This document shows, one piece after another, positions 46,012 through 55,047 of a stretch of 64,000 nucleotides of DNA. The notes under the pieces are model-generated. The model saw only the letters and a program-made list of their open reading frames with translations. It did no database searches and was not told the origin of the DNA. Both the position numbers and the translations under genes were made by a program. Each line of letters begins with the position of its first letter. The stretch's first letter is position 1. Origin of the DNA: Candidatus Bipolaricaulota bacterium (GTDB lineage: Bacteria > Bipolaricaulota > Bipolaricaulia > UBA7950 > UBA9294); assembly GCA_028277345.1 (NCBI GenBank), contig JANQGM010000006.1, positions 110,535 through 174,534 on the forward strand. Reading direction: 5' to 3'.

Positions 46012-46476
46012 TCATTTCGGCACAATCGCGCGCTTCATCATTTCCTCGAATCTGTGCTCCAGGGCCGCTGGCCAATTGGACGCAGACCGGATTCTCTCAA
46101 TATACGGATATAGAGGAACTGCCGATGATCCGGCAGCTTCCAAAGCTGTTAGAGCAACTTCGATTTCGTCAGATACGCCCGAAGAGAGCCTGATAGCCTG
46201 TCTCAGGAAGTAGAGCAAGCTGCTCCCTGAATCTGCATCATCGACCACAAGAGATTCAACAGCAAGACATACGGCGACATCGACAAGTGCGAGCTGGGAG
46301 CGAAACAAACGCTCCATAGCACTACTCGCCTTGTCAAGTTTGCCCGTCAGGCGGGAATCAATGCGCGACTCCACAGTTCGTGCGAGATATGCTAGGTATC
46401 CGCCCAAAACGGAAACCAGTAGCGTTAGCACCGTAAGCAATACTGTTAGTATTCCGACTATTACTTCAGGGTCCAT
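46012..46476 (-). CDS. hypothetical single-pass membrane protein
   Basis: N-terminal TM helix (IVGILTVLLTVLTLLVSVLGGYL), then a helical soluble part. Overlaps the receiver gene by 11 nt. Confidence 0.5.
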   Translation of the reverse strand: MDPEVIVGILTVLLTVLTLLVSVLGGYLAYLARTVESRIDSRLTGKLDKASSAMERLFRSQLALVDVAVCLAVESLVVDDADSGSSLLYFLRQAIRLSSGVSDEIEVALTALEAAGSSAVPLYPYIERIRSASNWPAALEHRFEEMMKRAIVPK

Positions 46477-46903
46477 TCTTGATAACCTCCTCGACGGATT
46501 TCAGAGAAAGAGGCTTTCGGAGGATATGGACATCAGATCGTTCGGCCATCGCATCAACTTGAGGCTCATCTCTCCAATTGGTTATGAGAACAGTCTTCGG
46601 CAATCCGTTCTTCGCAATTTGCTCATCAGATCGCACTACTTCCAATAGCCGAAGACCAGTGTAGCGACCATCTGCTGTCTCTTCCAGATCAAAAACCTTG
46701 CCAGGCGGCAACATCACATCGATGAAGATGACCCCATAGGATTCCCACATGAGCTTCTCGATTGCCTCCGCTGGAGTCCTTACATAGTCCACTTCATGTC
46801 CAGAAAGCTTTAGATGAGTGATTGCTGCATCAACGGTCATGAAATCATCGTCCACAAACAGGATTCTCAAATCACCGACTCCTCTTTCCGATCTCAAGCT
46901 CAA
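46466..46903 (-). CDS. stand-alone response-regulator receiver domain protein
   Basis: ILFVDDD...VIFIDVMLPPG (phospho-acceptor Asp context)...TNW...LRKP. 145 aa, no output domain. Confidence 0.8.
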   Translation of the reverse strand: MSLRSERGVGDLRILFVDDDFMTVDAAITHLKLSGHEVDYVRTPAEAIEKLMWESYGVIFIDVMLPPGKVFDLEETADGRYTGLRLLEVVRSDEQIAKNGLPKTVLITNWRDEPQVDAMAERSDVHILRKPLSLKSVEEVIKNGP

Positions 46904-48098
46904 AGACAGTCAAATCGCCAGTCTCATCAAGCAACCTCACACGTCCCCCCAATCGTTGGGCAATACCCCTGCACACGCTAAGACCAATTCCCATTCCTCT
47001 GGAGTCCCGCCGCTTTGCCTCCTCCCCTCGATAGCGAGGCTCGAAAATGCGAAAACGGTCCTCCCCCTCGATTGGCAGACCTCGGTTTCTTACTCCGACC
47101 CTATAATTCTCTTTGTCATCGACGTTTCCATAAACCTCAATTGTCGTATTGTCATCTGCATACTTAATAGCATTCGACAGCAGATTGAATAAGAGGAATC
47201 GCAAGAGCTCGGGATCAGTGTTCACCTTGCCGCAGTTTCTGACTTCATCGTAGCGAAAAGAAAGATTCTTCTGTTCTGCTTCGTGGTACCAAAGATGAGT
47301 TATGGGCATAAGCAGATCATAGAGGCTCTCTTCGCTCAGGTGAGCCTCAATCTCCTGTGGCCCACCAAACGCAAGACGATATTGGTGCAATCGGTTGATT
47401 AGGAGTTCGGCTACGAGGCGTAAATCCTCAAGCTTCATTCTCTTTTGGTCCTCCGTTACACGATTGGAGCTTAGGTACTCAAGCAAGAAATCGCTGTTTG
47501 AATAAATGAAGTCGAGAGGAGAAGCGAGCTCATGAACAGCGCGCTCCCAGTCTTCAGCCTTCGTTGATTGCTCCTCTCGCAACACCGCAAGAAAGAGACG
47601 CTCGGAAACACGTCGAAGAACAGTCCGCCGCTCACTAGAGAAGACCCATTCCTCGGAGTTGGATGCAAGAGCTTCCACAAATACGATGCTGTTGTGACTA
47701 TCGCAACGATAAAGAGCAATACCGAATTGCCCTACGGGATGGTTGCCGAATACTGCGCGAAGTTGCCTAGCTACGGGCTGATCACCTGAATCCGAAAACG
47801 TGTGGATCGCAGTTTCTCCTATTCCTTCGTAGAGTTCTATCCAGCCTTTGTTGAAAGAGAGGTGCCCTTCAGCTATGCGTTTCAGGATATCCCTCTGCAA
47901 CCCACAATGTGCAATTACCCTGATGCGCTTGTCCACATCATGGCAATGAGCTATCAGGTAATGACAACAATAGCTTCTCTCCGATCGAATGCGCTTCAGC
48001 TCATCGCCCAAAAGCTTCCTTAGTGCCTGCAGTTGAAGTTGCTGAGTGGCCACGTTTTTGAGCTTCAGAATTGTTGTTAGCATGATCTCAGCGAGCAC
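46872..48098 (-). CDS. cytoplasmic sensor histidine kinase
   Basis: H-box AVHELASPL, N-box LLSNAIKYA, G-boxes RNRGLPI...GMGIGLSVCRGIA. N-terminal about 190 aa GAF-like, no TM helices. Confidence 0.85.
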   Translation of the reverse strand: MLAEIMLTTILKLKNVATQQLQLQALRKLLGDELKRIRSERSYCCHYLIAHCHDVDKRIRVIAHCGLQRDILKRIAEGHLSFNKGWIELYEGIGETAIHTFSDSGDQPVARQLRAVFGNHPVGQFGIALYRCDSHNSIVFVEALASNSEEWVFSSERRTVLRRVSERLFLAVLREEQSTKAEDWERAVHELASPLDFIYSNSDFLLEYLSSNRVTEDQKRMKLEDLRLVAELLINRLHQYRLAFGGPQEIEAHLSEESLYDLLMPITHLWYHEAEQKNLSFRYDEVRNCGKVNTDPELLRFLLFNLLSNAIKYADDNTTIEVYGNVDDKENYRVGVRNRGLPIEGEDRFRIFEPRYRGEEAKRRDSRGMGIGLSVCRGIAQRLGGRVRLLDETGDLTVFELEIGKRSR

Positions 48099-48330
48099 CT
48101 TATCGCATTTGCCGCTACAAAGAAAAGCAAAATGTTAGTCCCCTTGTCGCCATTTCACCATCAGACAGAACGCCGCCCTAACGATGCTCAACCTTGTGCA
48201 AAGTCTTCGAAGTGGATTCACGGATAGCTTCGCCATCCACAACACGCGTTGAAATACGTGCGACGAATGGGAGAGCTCTGGGTTTAGCACGACCTTCAAT
48301 CACGCAGCATAGACTATTCATTCAGACCTA

Positions 48331-49098
48331 CTAGCCAGCCTTCGAAGCTAAATTCTGTCCAAAGAAGTAACCAAGTATGAGCAAGAAAGCACTGGTCACG
48401 ATTTCTGTGGGCTGAGTTTGAGTGAACATCGCGTAGAGAAGTGAACCACCCATTGCGAGGAGTAAGACCATCCCAACAACTGATGCGATCATCGGGCGAC
48501 TCAAGTATCCGCTCCACAGATTTAATCTGCTCTCTCGCTCCATGATCCGACTCATCAACTCCCTTTCTTGAATCGAAAGTGCCGACTTCAGCTGCTCCTC
48601 GCTGGTTTGCTCTGCCTCGCGAGCAAGCTCCTCACTGCGAAGTACAAGTTCTTTCACGCGATCCTTCAGCTCTTGCGAAGCAGAGACATCCTTGAATCCT
48701 TCCTGGAGATCTTCAACTAGCTTATCGACGCTTTTCGAGTAGTTCTGAGTCTCTAGGGTTCTTATGCGCTCGATGCAGAGCTTCTTTCGTTCAAGAAGGA
48801 GAGGCATGATCCCAATCTCTTCCCTGGAACCAACTGAAGTTGACGCCCCAAGTGTGCCGACCGACAAAGTGGCACCCCTCGTGAATCCTCCAAATTGCTC
48901 GGGGTGTTGGAGTGCATCGTTGAGCCTGTCGAGCGTGTGCGTGAGTTCCTCAAGAGACTGAGTCTTGATTCCGTCTTCAGAGAAGCCCAAACGATCAATG
49001 ATTTCCTCAAAGTGCCTCTCCAAGTCAGCAGAGTAACCAGCGGAGTAATCTCCCAGCCAAGCTGGCCTCTTCTTCTTCTTTTTCTTCTTCATTACCAT
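48331..49098 (-). CDS. hypothetical coiled-coil protein with two C-terminal TM helices
   Basis: N-terminus MVMKKKKKKKRP, long charged helical region, C-terminal hydrophobic pair (IASVVGMVLLLAMGG..., AFLLILGYFFG). Confidence 0.55.
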   Translation of the reverse strand: MVMKKKKKKKRPAWLGDYSAGYSADLERHFEEIIDRLGFSEDGIKTQSLEELTHTLDRLNDALQHPEQFGGFTRGATLSVGTLGASTSVGSREEIGIMPLLLERKKLCIERIRTLETQNYSKSVDKLVEDLQEGFKDVSASQELKDRVKELVLRSEELAREAEQTSEEQLKSALSIQERELMSRIMERESRLNLWSGYLSRPMIASVVGMVLLLAMGGSLLYAMFTQTQPTEIVTSAFLLILGYFFGQNLASKAG

Positions 49099-49682
49099 GT
49101 ATCAGCACTCCTCTTCTGACCAAAGATATTTGTAAGTAGGGCAATTATACCGTGTGTGCGAATCCTACAGTAAAACACATGGCTTGCGAGCGAACACACC
49201 GTTCTTGTTGATCCAATCCCTGCGCTTCTCCCCGGCAATTGATTCATGTAGCAATCGACGCATTTCACTATTTCCACCAATCCTGCAATTTCCTCCATCC
49301 ATCAGCCTTTTGAGAGCGTTGATGCGTCTCTGGCGTTGGCCATATCGCAGTTCCCTTGCAACTTTTTGCTGACACCAAGACGATCATGCAATCAAATCCT
49401 GGAGGTGTATCGTGGCAATAACGCAAAACCTTGCTTCGGAGTTCGAACTAACTGAGGACCAGATAGCCAGCCTTATCCACCTTGCAAACTCATTTCAGGA
49501 TCGAGTAATCCTTTGCCTGCTTCTGCATGTATCGAAGCATGTAACTGAGCAAGGAGACCTGAAATATGGACACCATTCCGGAACTAGGCATACCAGGCTA
49601 ACGAGACACTCTAAGGCTGTAGAGAAGCTATGTTTCTGATATAATACCGTTAGGGTGATTCAGAATAATTGAAAAGCGCCTG

Positions 49683-50081
49683 TTGAGATTTGGAGCAATT
49701 GCCTTGCTCTCTCTCATCGTCGTCTTTCTATCTTCTTGTAGTCTCTTCCCACCACCACTGGATGTAACAGGAAGATGGAGTGGCAGTCTCATCGTAAACA
49801 GCGTCGCATTCCCCATGGAGCTAGACCTGGTCCAAACCGGGATCTCACTAACAGGACATATGAACGTAAGGCCATATGAGTACACTCGCGCGATTCCAAT
49901 TCAGTCCGGATCCATTGATCAGAAAGCTAAAACAGTATTCATTAAGACCGAACAACACTATGAGGAGGGGGGAATGGCTCAGTTTACCCTGTATGGTGAT
50001 TGCAGTGCCGATGATTATATGTCTGGCACAGGAATCGCAGCCTCTGGAGTAGCCGTCACATGGTACGCTTCCCATCCATAA
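49683..50081 (+). CDS. hypothetical lipoprotein
   Basis: Signal peptide with lipobox FLSSCS. 132 aa, no recognised family. Confidence 0.5.
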   Translation: MRFGAIALLSLIVVFLSSCSLFPPPLDVTGRWSGSLIVNSVAFPMELDLVQTGISLTGHMNVRPYEYTRAIPIQSGSIDQKAKTVFIKTEQHYEEGGMAQFTLYGDCSADDYMSGTGIAASGVAVTWYASHP

Positions 50082-50340
50082 TACGCATTGTTCTACAAGG
50101 AAGCAGAGAGTAGTCAGCATCGTGTTTCTGTATGTCTTCTGCTTGCCCTGATGAAAGTCAGTTTTTCATCGCTACTGAAAGGAGGGTTTCGCCAATCTCC
50201 CAGTTGATCGCTTCTAGACTTCGCCTATTCTGCGTCCTACATTGCCCTCGTACTTCGCCAGATCACGATAATGGGATGCGAAGTTGGTTAATACTCTGGC
50301 TTTGAACTTCGATGCCATCAGCGAAAGTATAGTCCCTACC

Positions 50341-50374
50341 TACAGAAACGTCTTCAGCGAAATTGCTGAAGGCG
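50341..50374 (-). terminator. hairpin plus T-rich tail following tRNA-Glu
   Basis: Minus strand CGCCTTCAGC-AATTTC-GCTGAAGACG, followed by TTTCTGT. Begins 14 nt after the tRNA CCA end. Confidence 0.45.
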
Positions 50375-50387
50375 TCAGGTGTGCGTG

Positions 50388-50463
50388 TGGTGGTCCCAGG
50401 GGGATTTGAACCCCCGTCGACGGGATGAGAGCCCGCTATCCTAGGCCACTAGACGATGGGACC
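50388..50463 (-). tRNA. tRNA-Glu (anticodon CUC), CCA encoded
   Basis: Hand-folded cloverleaf: acceptor GGTCCCA/TGGGACC, anticodon stem GCGGG/CCCGT, loop CTCTCAT, T arm GGGGG-TTCAAAT-CCCCC, discriminator A plus CCA. Confidence 0.95.
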
Positions 50464-50540
50464 ATATCTACATCGAATTATCTCCAACGAACCTAACATC
50501 CTCAAGGCAACCAGCACAAAAGGATAGAGGTTCGCCGCGA

Positions 50541-50810
50541 CTACTCGCTCGCTGGCTTATTGGCCTTACGCGTCTCGATGATGTCCTTAGCCGCAGCGAT
50601 TGAGGCGACAAGTTCATCGTAGAACTCTACGGGAATGGCAATTCCCTTGCGCGTTGGCTTCCATTCGCCATTCTCATCTTCGTAGTAGTTGCGAATGTCA
50701 AGGTAATCGCGATCCTTGAACTCCGAGATGCGCACATGGATGCGGTTCCCTAGCGTCTTGTCGATTGCTTGAACGAGGATTTCTTCCCCTTGGATGTTTT
50801 CGTTCGCCAT
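50541..50810 (-). CDS. PC4/p15-like (YdbC-type) ssDNA-binding protein
   Basis: 89 aa. RIHVRISEFKDRDYLDIRNYYEDENGEWKPTRKGIAIPVEFYDEL matches the bacterial PC4-like pattern. Confidence 0.7.
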   Translation of the reverse strand: MANENIQGEEILVQAIDKTLGNRIHVRISEFKDRDYLDIRNYYEDENGEWKPTRKGIAIPVEFYDELVASIAAAKDIIETRKANKPASE

Positions 50811-51112
50811 GTCGTTCTCCTTTCCAAACTAAGCCGAACCTATATGATTACTTCTTCTGTTACAAGTAGTTGTGTGTTTCAGGCCGCCCGCAAACTAGAA
50901 CGTCGCCTGGCTGAGAAGTGTACTCAAAATCCCATTTCTCACCAGATTCTGCGGTCACGTGATTGAAAGAGAAGCTGTGACACGGTCCTCTGAACGAGAC
51001 AGCATCACAGCGATGTGTAATCCAGCCTCAAGGGCAATCTGGAATTAGAGATCCTCGCGAAAGTTGATCCATCCCGTGGAGAGCACCTACAATGCCACCT
51101 CAAGGGGGGAAA

Positions 51113-52306
51113 ATGGGGTTCATCCGCCTGGCGTGCACATTCCTTGTTATCATCATCCTGTCAATCTGCGTTTTCGCTGACAGCAATATCGACCCCGTTG
51201 ACAAGTGGGCGTGGGGAACCAATATCGGTTGGATCAACTTCGCGCCACAAAACGGCGGCGTCTGCGTCTATCGCGATCACCTTGAAGGCTATGCTTGGGG
51301 CGAGAACGTCGGCTGGATTCGGATGGGTACGTACGAAGGCGGGGACGAACACACCTACGAGAATTCGGCCCCCACCAACTACGGTGTCAACCGGGATCAC
51401 AACGGATTCCTATCCGGGTATGCGTGGGGCACGAACATCGGCTGGATCAACTTCGCCCCTGAGCATGGAGGCGTTCGCATTAATCCTCAGACGAATGAGT
51501 TTGAGGGAGACGCTTGGGGAGAAAACGTTGGATGGATTCGATTCAAGGGAGACGGCTATCTCGTCCTCTTTACCGGCTTCCCGCCCGTACCCATTCCTCC
51601 CAGCGGCTCGGGCTCGAATCTGCTACCCATCCCGGATGCTGGGCCGGATCAGACTGTCTGCGTGGGCGAACGAGCGATCCTCGATGGGAGCCGCTCGCAT
51701 GATGGAGAAGCGGCAGCACCTGCCACCGCTCTCCACGCTCAAAACGTCTCGAACCTCGAATCGGATCTTAGTTACCGCTGGACCTTTTCCATTCGTTACA
51801 TGGCAGCGGGAGTCCCCGTCTACATGATCCCTGGAGGCAGCAACTGCTTCGCGTCGTGTCGGGGTTTCGATCAGCCGATCGCCTCGTTCATCCCGGATGT
51901 GGAGGGCGACTACACGCTGACGTTGTACGTCACCGATGTGGGTGGCGAGACCACGTTCGATCAAACCGTTGTTACCGCCGTGTTCGACCCAGCCTTCATC
52001 CCAGAGGAACCTGACTCAGAATCCCTGGATGTTGAACAGATCGTCTGTTTCCCCAATCCGTTTTCCGGCCAGATCTCGTTCGGCTTCGTCGGAACGGGAA
52101 CGCCGGATCAAATCGATGTCTCCGTCTTCGATCTCTGCGGCCATCCCGTCTGGCAAGGCAGCATCTCTGACGCCACGCATCTGCTTTGGGACGGCACGGC
52201 ACCATCCGGAGACCGTCTTCCGAACGGAGGCTACATCTGCATCGTGGTCATCCGTGGGAACGGCACTATCACCTCTGAGAAAGCCGTCGTCGTCATTCGC
52301 CGCTAG
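51113..52306 (+). CDS. secreted repeat protein: 4x AWGxNxGWI repeats, PKD-like segment, T9SS/FlgD-Ig-like C-terminal domain
   Basis: Signal anchor. Repeats at aa 38-152 of the track ORF. DAGPDQTV...LDGSRSHD. C-terminal CFPNPFSGQISF...LPNGGYICIV. Start at ATG 51113 (AAGGGGGGAAA upstream). Confidence 0.7.
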   Translation: MGFIRLACTFLVIIILSICVFADSNIDPVDKWAWGTNIGWINFAPQNGGVCVYRDHLEGYAWGENVGWIRMGTYEGGDEHTYENSAPTNYGVNRDHNGFLSGYAWGTNIGWINFAPEHGGVRINPQTNEFEGDAWGENVGWIRFKGDGYLVLFTGFPPVPIPPSGSGSNLLPIPDAGPDQTVCVGERAILDGSRSHDGEAAAPATALHAQNVSNLESDLSYRWTFSIRYMAAGVPVYMIPGGSNCFASCRGFDQPIASFIPDVEGDYTLTLYVTDVGGETTFDQTVVTAVFDPAFIPEEPDSESLDVEQIVCFPNPFSGQISFGFVGTGTPDQIDVSVFDLCGHPVWQGSISDATHLLWDGTAPSGDRLPNGGYICIVVIRGNGTITSEKAVVVIRR

Positions 52307-52314
52307 GAGGTCCC

Positions 52315-53058
52315 ATGCAAGCTCGCAAATCCTTGATCGCTGTGCTGATTCTATTCGTCTTCGCCGTCGGCCTCTTCGCTGGCCGGCAGCTCGTCAAGAT
52401 GGGGAACACCAATTCGCCATCTATGCCGGAAACCACCGAATCCTACACTCTCGAAGACGTGTACAACCGACTCGACAAAGGAGCTCCGGGAACAGCCACA
52501 TCGTTCGTCGAACCGGCTTCAGGACCGGATACAGGAACAATGCACACAATCGATGACATCATGGAGCTAGCAGGCACAGCGTGCACACAGTGCAACCCGC
52601 CAAGCGAACTGTCTGAGAATTACCGTTGGTGCGACAACAAAGATGGAACAGTCACCGATATGTCAACGGGCCTCATCTGGTTGAAGAAAGCAGATTGGGG
52701 AGGCGCGCAGGCGTGGGATGATTTGTTGGGGAACCAACCCGCGCGGGATCGAGTGAAGATATTAGGAGCTGAACTCGCCTCAGCCGAGCTCAGCGATGGA
52801 TCAGAGGCAGGGGATTGGAGACTTCCGACGCGCAGAGAGCTCAACACGTTGGGAAACGGAACGGAGCCAGTTCGGGCAAGCAATCCACGTTTCTTTACAG
52901 GCCTTCCGGGTGAATCTAGCTTCGAGTACTGGTCCAACACCCCGTATGCCGAAGATGCGGATCGAGCTTGGTTCGCTAGACCCATGCAAGGAACAAGCAA
53001 CCACGCCCCTGTAAACATGACTTTCGAGGTTTGGCCTGTTCGCAGCAAAACGCCTTGA
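52315..53058 (+). CDS. DUF1566 (Lcl C-terminal domain) protein
   Basis: DGTVTDMSTGLIWLKKADW, WRLPTRRELNTL, YWSNT motifs. N-terminal signal anchor. Confidence 0.75.
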   Translation: MQARKSLIAVLILFVFAVGLFAGRQLVKMGNTNSPSMPETTESYTLEDVYNRLDKGAPGTATSFVEPASGPDTGTMHTIDDIMELAGTACTQCNPPSELSENYRWCDNKDGTVTDMSTGLIWLKKADWGGAQAWDDLLGNQPARDRVKILGAELASAELSDGSEAGDWRLPTRRELNTLGNGTEPVRASNPRFFTGLPGESSFEYWSNTPYAEDADRAWFARPMQGTSNHAPVNMTFEVWPVRSKTP

Positions 53059-53080
53059 CCTCACAGCAACAAGGAGAAAA

Positions 53081-53740
53081 ATGAGAGCTAGAACGTTTCT
53101 AGCTATGCTCGGACTTGTGTTTTTTTTCGCCGTAGGCCTGTTGGCCGGACGGCAGCTCGTCAAGATGGGGAACACCGACGCCATCTCTGGCCCAGACGCA
53201 ACCATTGAGTACACGCTTGAGGATCTCTATACGCGTCTGATAGAAGGAACGATGGACAACGTGCAGATGGGTACTTTCGAGGAGCCTCAAGTTGCACCAG
53301 GGACGGGCACCATGCACACCATCCAGGATCTGATGCTGATTGCGCCGGGCTTCATTGACCATGGAGACGGCACGGTGACCGATCTTCGGACGGGGCTTAT
53401 GTGGGCAAAAGACGCCGGGCATCGGCCTGCAAACCATCAAGCTGCTATTGATTACTGTTCAAGTTTGGTGCTAGCTGGCTACGATGACTGGTCTGTGTCG
53501 GCCGTCACCCAGGTCGCAGGACTCCTTGATCCTCGAGAGGGATCAGTTGTTCGAAACGGTCATCCGTTCTTAAATGTGAGTGAATCCTACTGGGGGAAGC
53601 ACACATTCTTCAGCAATGGCCTGCAACATGCCCTCGTGATTCATTTGTCGAAAGCTGATTATGACCCCATGCAGTTAAGCAATGTACTTGTAGATGCTGA
53701 CATGCTACCCATCCATGTCTGGCCCGTTCGCGGACCCTAG
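53081..53740 (+). CDS. DUF1566-like protein, tandem paralogue
   Basis: DGTVTDLRTGLMWAKDAG, YDDWSV, YWG. The first about 90 aa are collinear with 52315..53058 (FAVGLxAGRQLVKMGNT...YTLEDxYxRL...GTGTMHTI). Confidence 0.7.
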   Translation: MRARTFLAMLGLVFFFAVGLLAGRQLVKMGNTDAISGPDATIEYTLEDLYTRLIEGTMDNVQMGTFEEPQVAPGTGTMHTIQDLMLIAPGFIDHGDGTVTDLRTGLMWAKDAGHRPANHQAAIDYCSSLVLAGYDDWSVSAVTQVAGLLDPREGSVVRNGHPFLNVSESYWGKHTFFSNGLQHALVIHLSKADYDPMQLSNVLVDADMLPIHVWPVRGP

Positions 53741-53970
53741 CTATTAATCACCTCAAGTATGGATTTTCCATTGCGGATAGCCCGTGACGCATCAGGAAAG
53801 CGAGATAAAGTAAAAAGCCAGGACAAGATGCGGACGCCGCTCTTCTGTGTTCTTGCTTCGCCTTCGAAATCAGCTTTCATTCTACGCGAACCCAGCATCC
53901 ATCCGCGATCCTAGCTAAAAAGGACTAAGGTGCTCAGAACCGCTTCATGTACCTACCGCATGCTGCAAGG

Positions 53971-54504
53971 TTAGTTCTCTGGAACAGGGAGGCTCTCGAA
54001 GACTCGTTGGTACTCCTCGACCAACTCAACCGGCATGCTCACGCTTGTTTGAAAGAGAAGATTCTCTTTTACGTATACGTAGCTACCAAGGAATCCTGTA
54101 AACGCTTCGTAATAGTCTTTCACCATCTGAAGATTATCCTCACTGCTGAACGAGAAAATTCGGAATCCATGGTCAGGAGAAACACTAGGAACTACGCATC
54201 GCACTCCCTCCGAGAAGGTTTTCGGTACCGGTGATGAATCCGACGTTGAAATCGGCGTAGGTTCTAGACACTCCAAGCCTGCATTCTCAAACGCCTTGAT
54301 GGCTTGCACTACGGTCAAGCTGGGCGCGCCATCGCTTGCGCGCGCCACTTCTGTACTCCCTATCTCTTCACGCGAGCTCTCCTGATCATCTCCAGTAGCT
54401 ATTTCATCGCGATGTTGATTCACGTTTTGGCCACAAGCCGCGCAGAGAACAAGAATGGCTGCAGACAGTGCAACACAAAGAACTACCACGTATGTTCGCT
54501 TCAC
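53971..54504 (-). CDS. hypothetical lipoprotein
   Basis: Start set at GTG 54504 (GGAGAAAAC upstream), giving (M)KRTYVVVLCVALSAAILVLCAACG. The track ORF extends to 54669 without support. Confidence 0.5.
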   Translation of the reverse strand: MKRTYVVVLCVALSAAILVLCAACGQNVNQHRDEIATGDDQESSREEIGSTEVARASDGAPSLTVVQAIKAFENAGLECLEPTPISTSDSSPVPKTFSEGVRCVVPSVSPDHGFRIFSFSSEDNLQMVKDYYEAFTGFLGSYVYVKENLLFQTSVSMPVELVEEYQRVFESLPVPEN

Positions 54505-55047
54505 GTTTTCTCCTCTCGTTCTATATGCTCCTGAGATCTCGCAAGCATCCAAGCAACAGACCGAAGGGGCCTCTTGCGTACCTACTATCATGAGAGATTC
54601 AGCCAGCCCTCTTTCTGTTTCGGCGGAAGAATGTATGGGGGAAAGCTTGCCCAAGTTCTTCCTATTCATCGTTCAGTATTCATGTGTTCCAACAGAGTAG
54701 GTTCATATAGTATTTTAATCAATTGGTATATCTCCATGTTTCTCGAAAAGTGATCAGACTAGCCGCCTGCACTACTTCTTGGGACTCGCGCACTGAATGC
54801 CTCGCCAAAATGAGCACTCAGTTCGGTTGGCCTGTTCTTGAGCCGAACCGCTGCAGTCTTTCTGGTGATCACACGCCTTTCACACCTAAATGAAAGAGCC
54901 TCCAGTGACGCTTCGCTCCCCGGGGTTGATTTCTATACCCGCTGCACTCTGACTTTTCTCGAAGACTCAGCATGCTCTGATCGCCTATCTCATTTGCATC
55001 GTCAAGTTGGACAAAACGCGATACCTTTTGCCTGAAGGAAGGGACGA

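Noticed and set aside
49092-49372. ORFs 49092..49298(-) and 49154..49372(+), and an Arg/Gln-rich minus-strand frame (ARELRYGQRQRRINALKRL...) as a small regulator gene.
   Set aside because: They overlap one another. No start codon with an RBS supports the more protein-like frame, and no family motif was recognised. The region was left unannotated.
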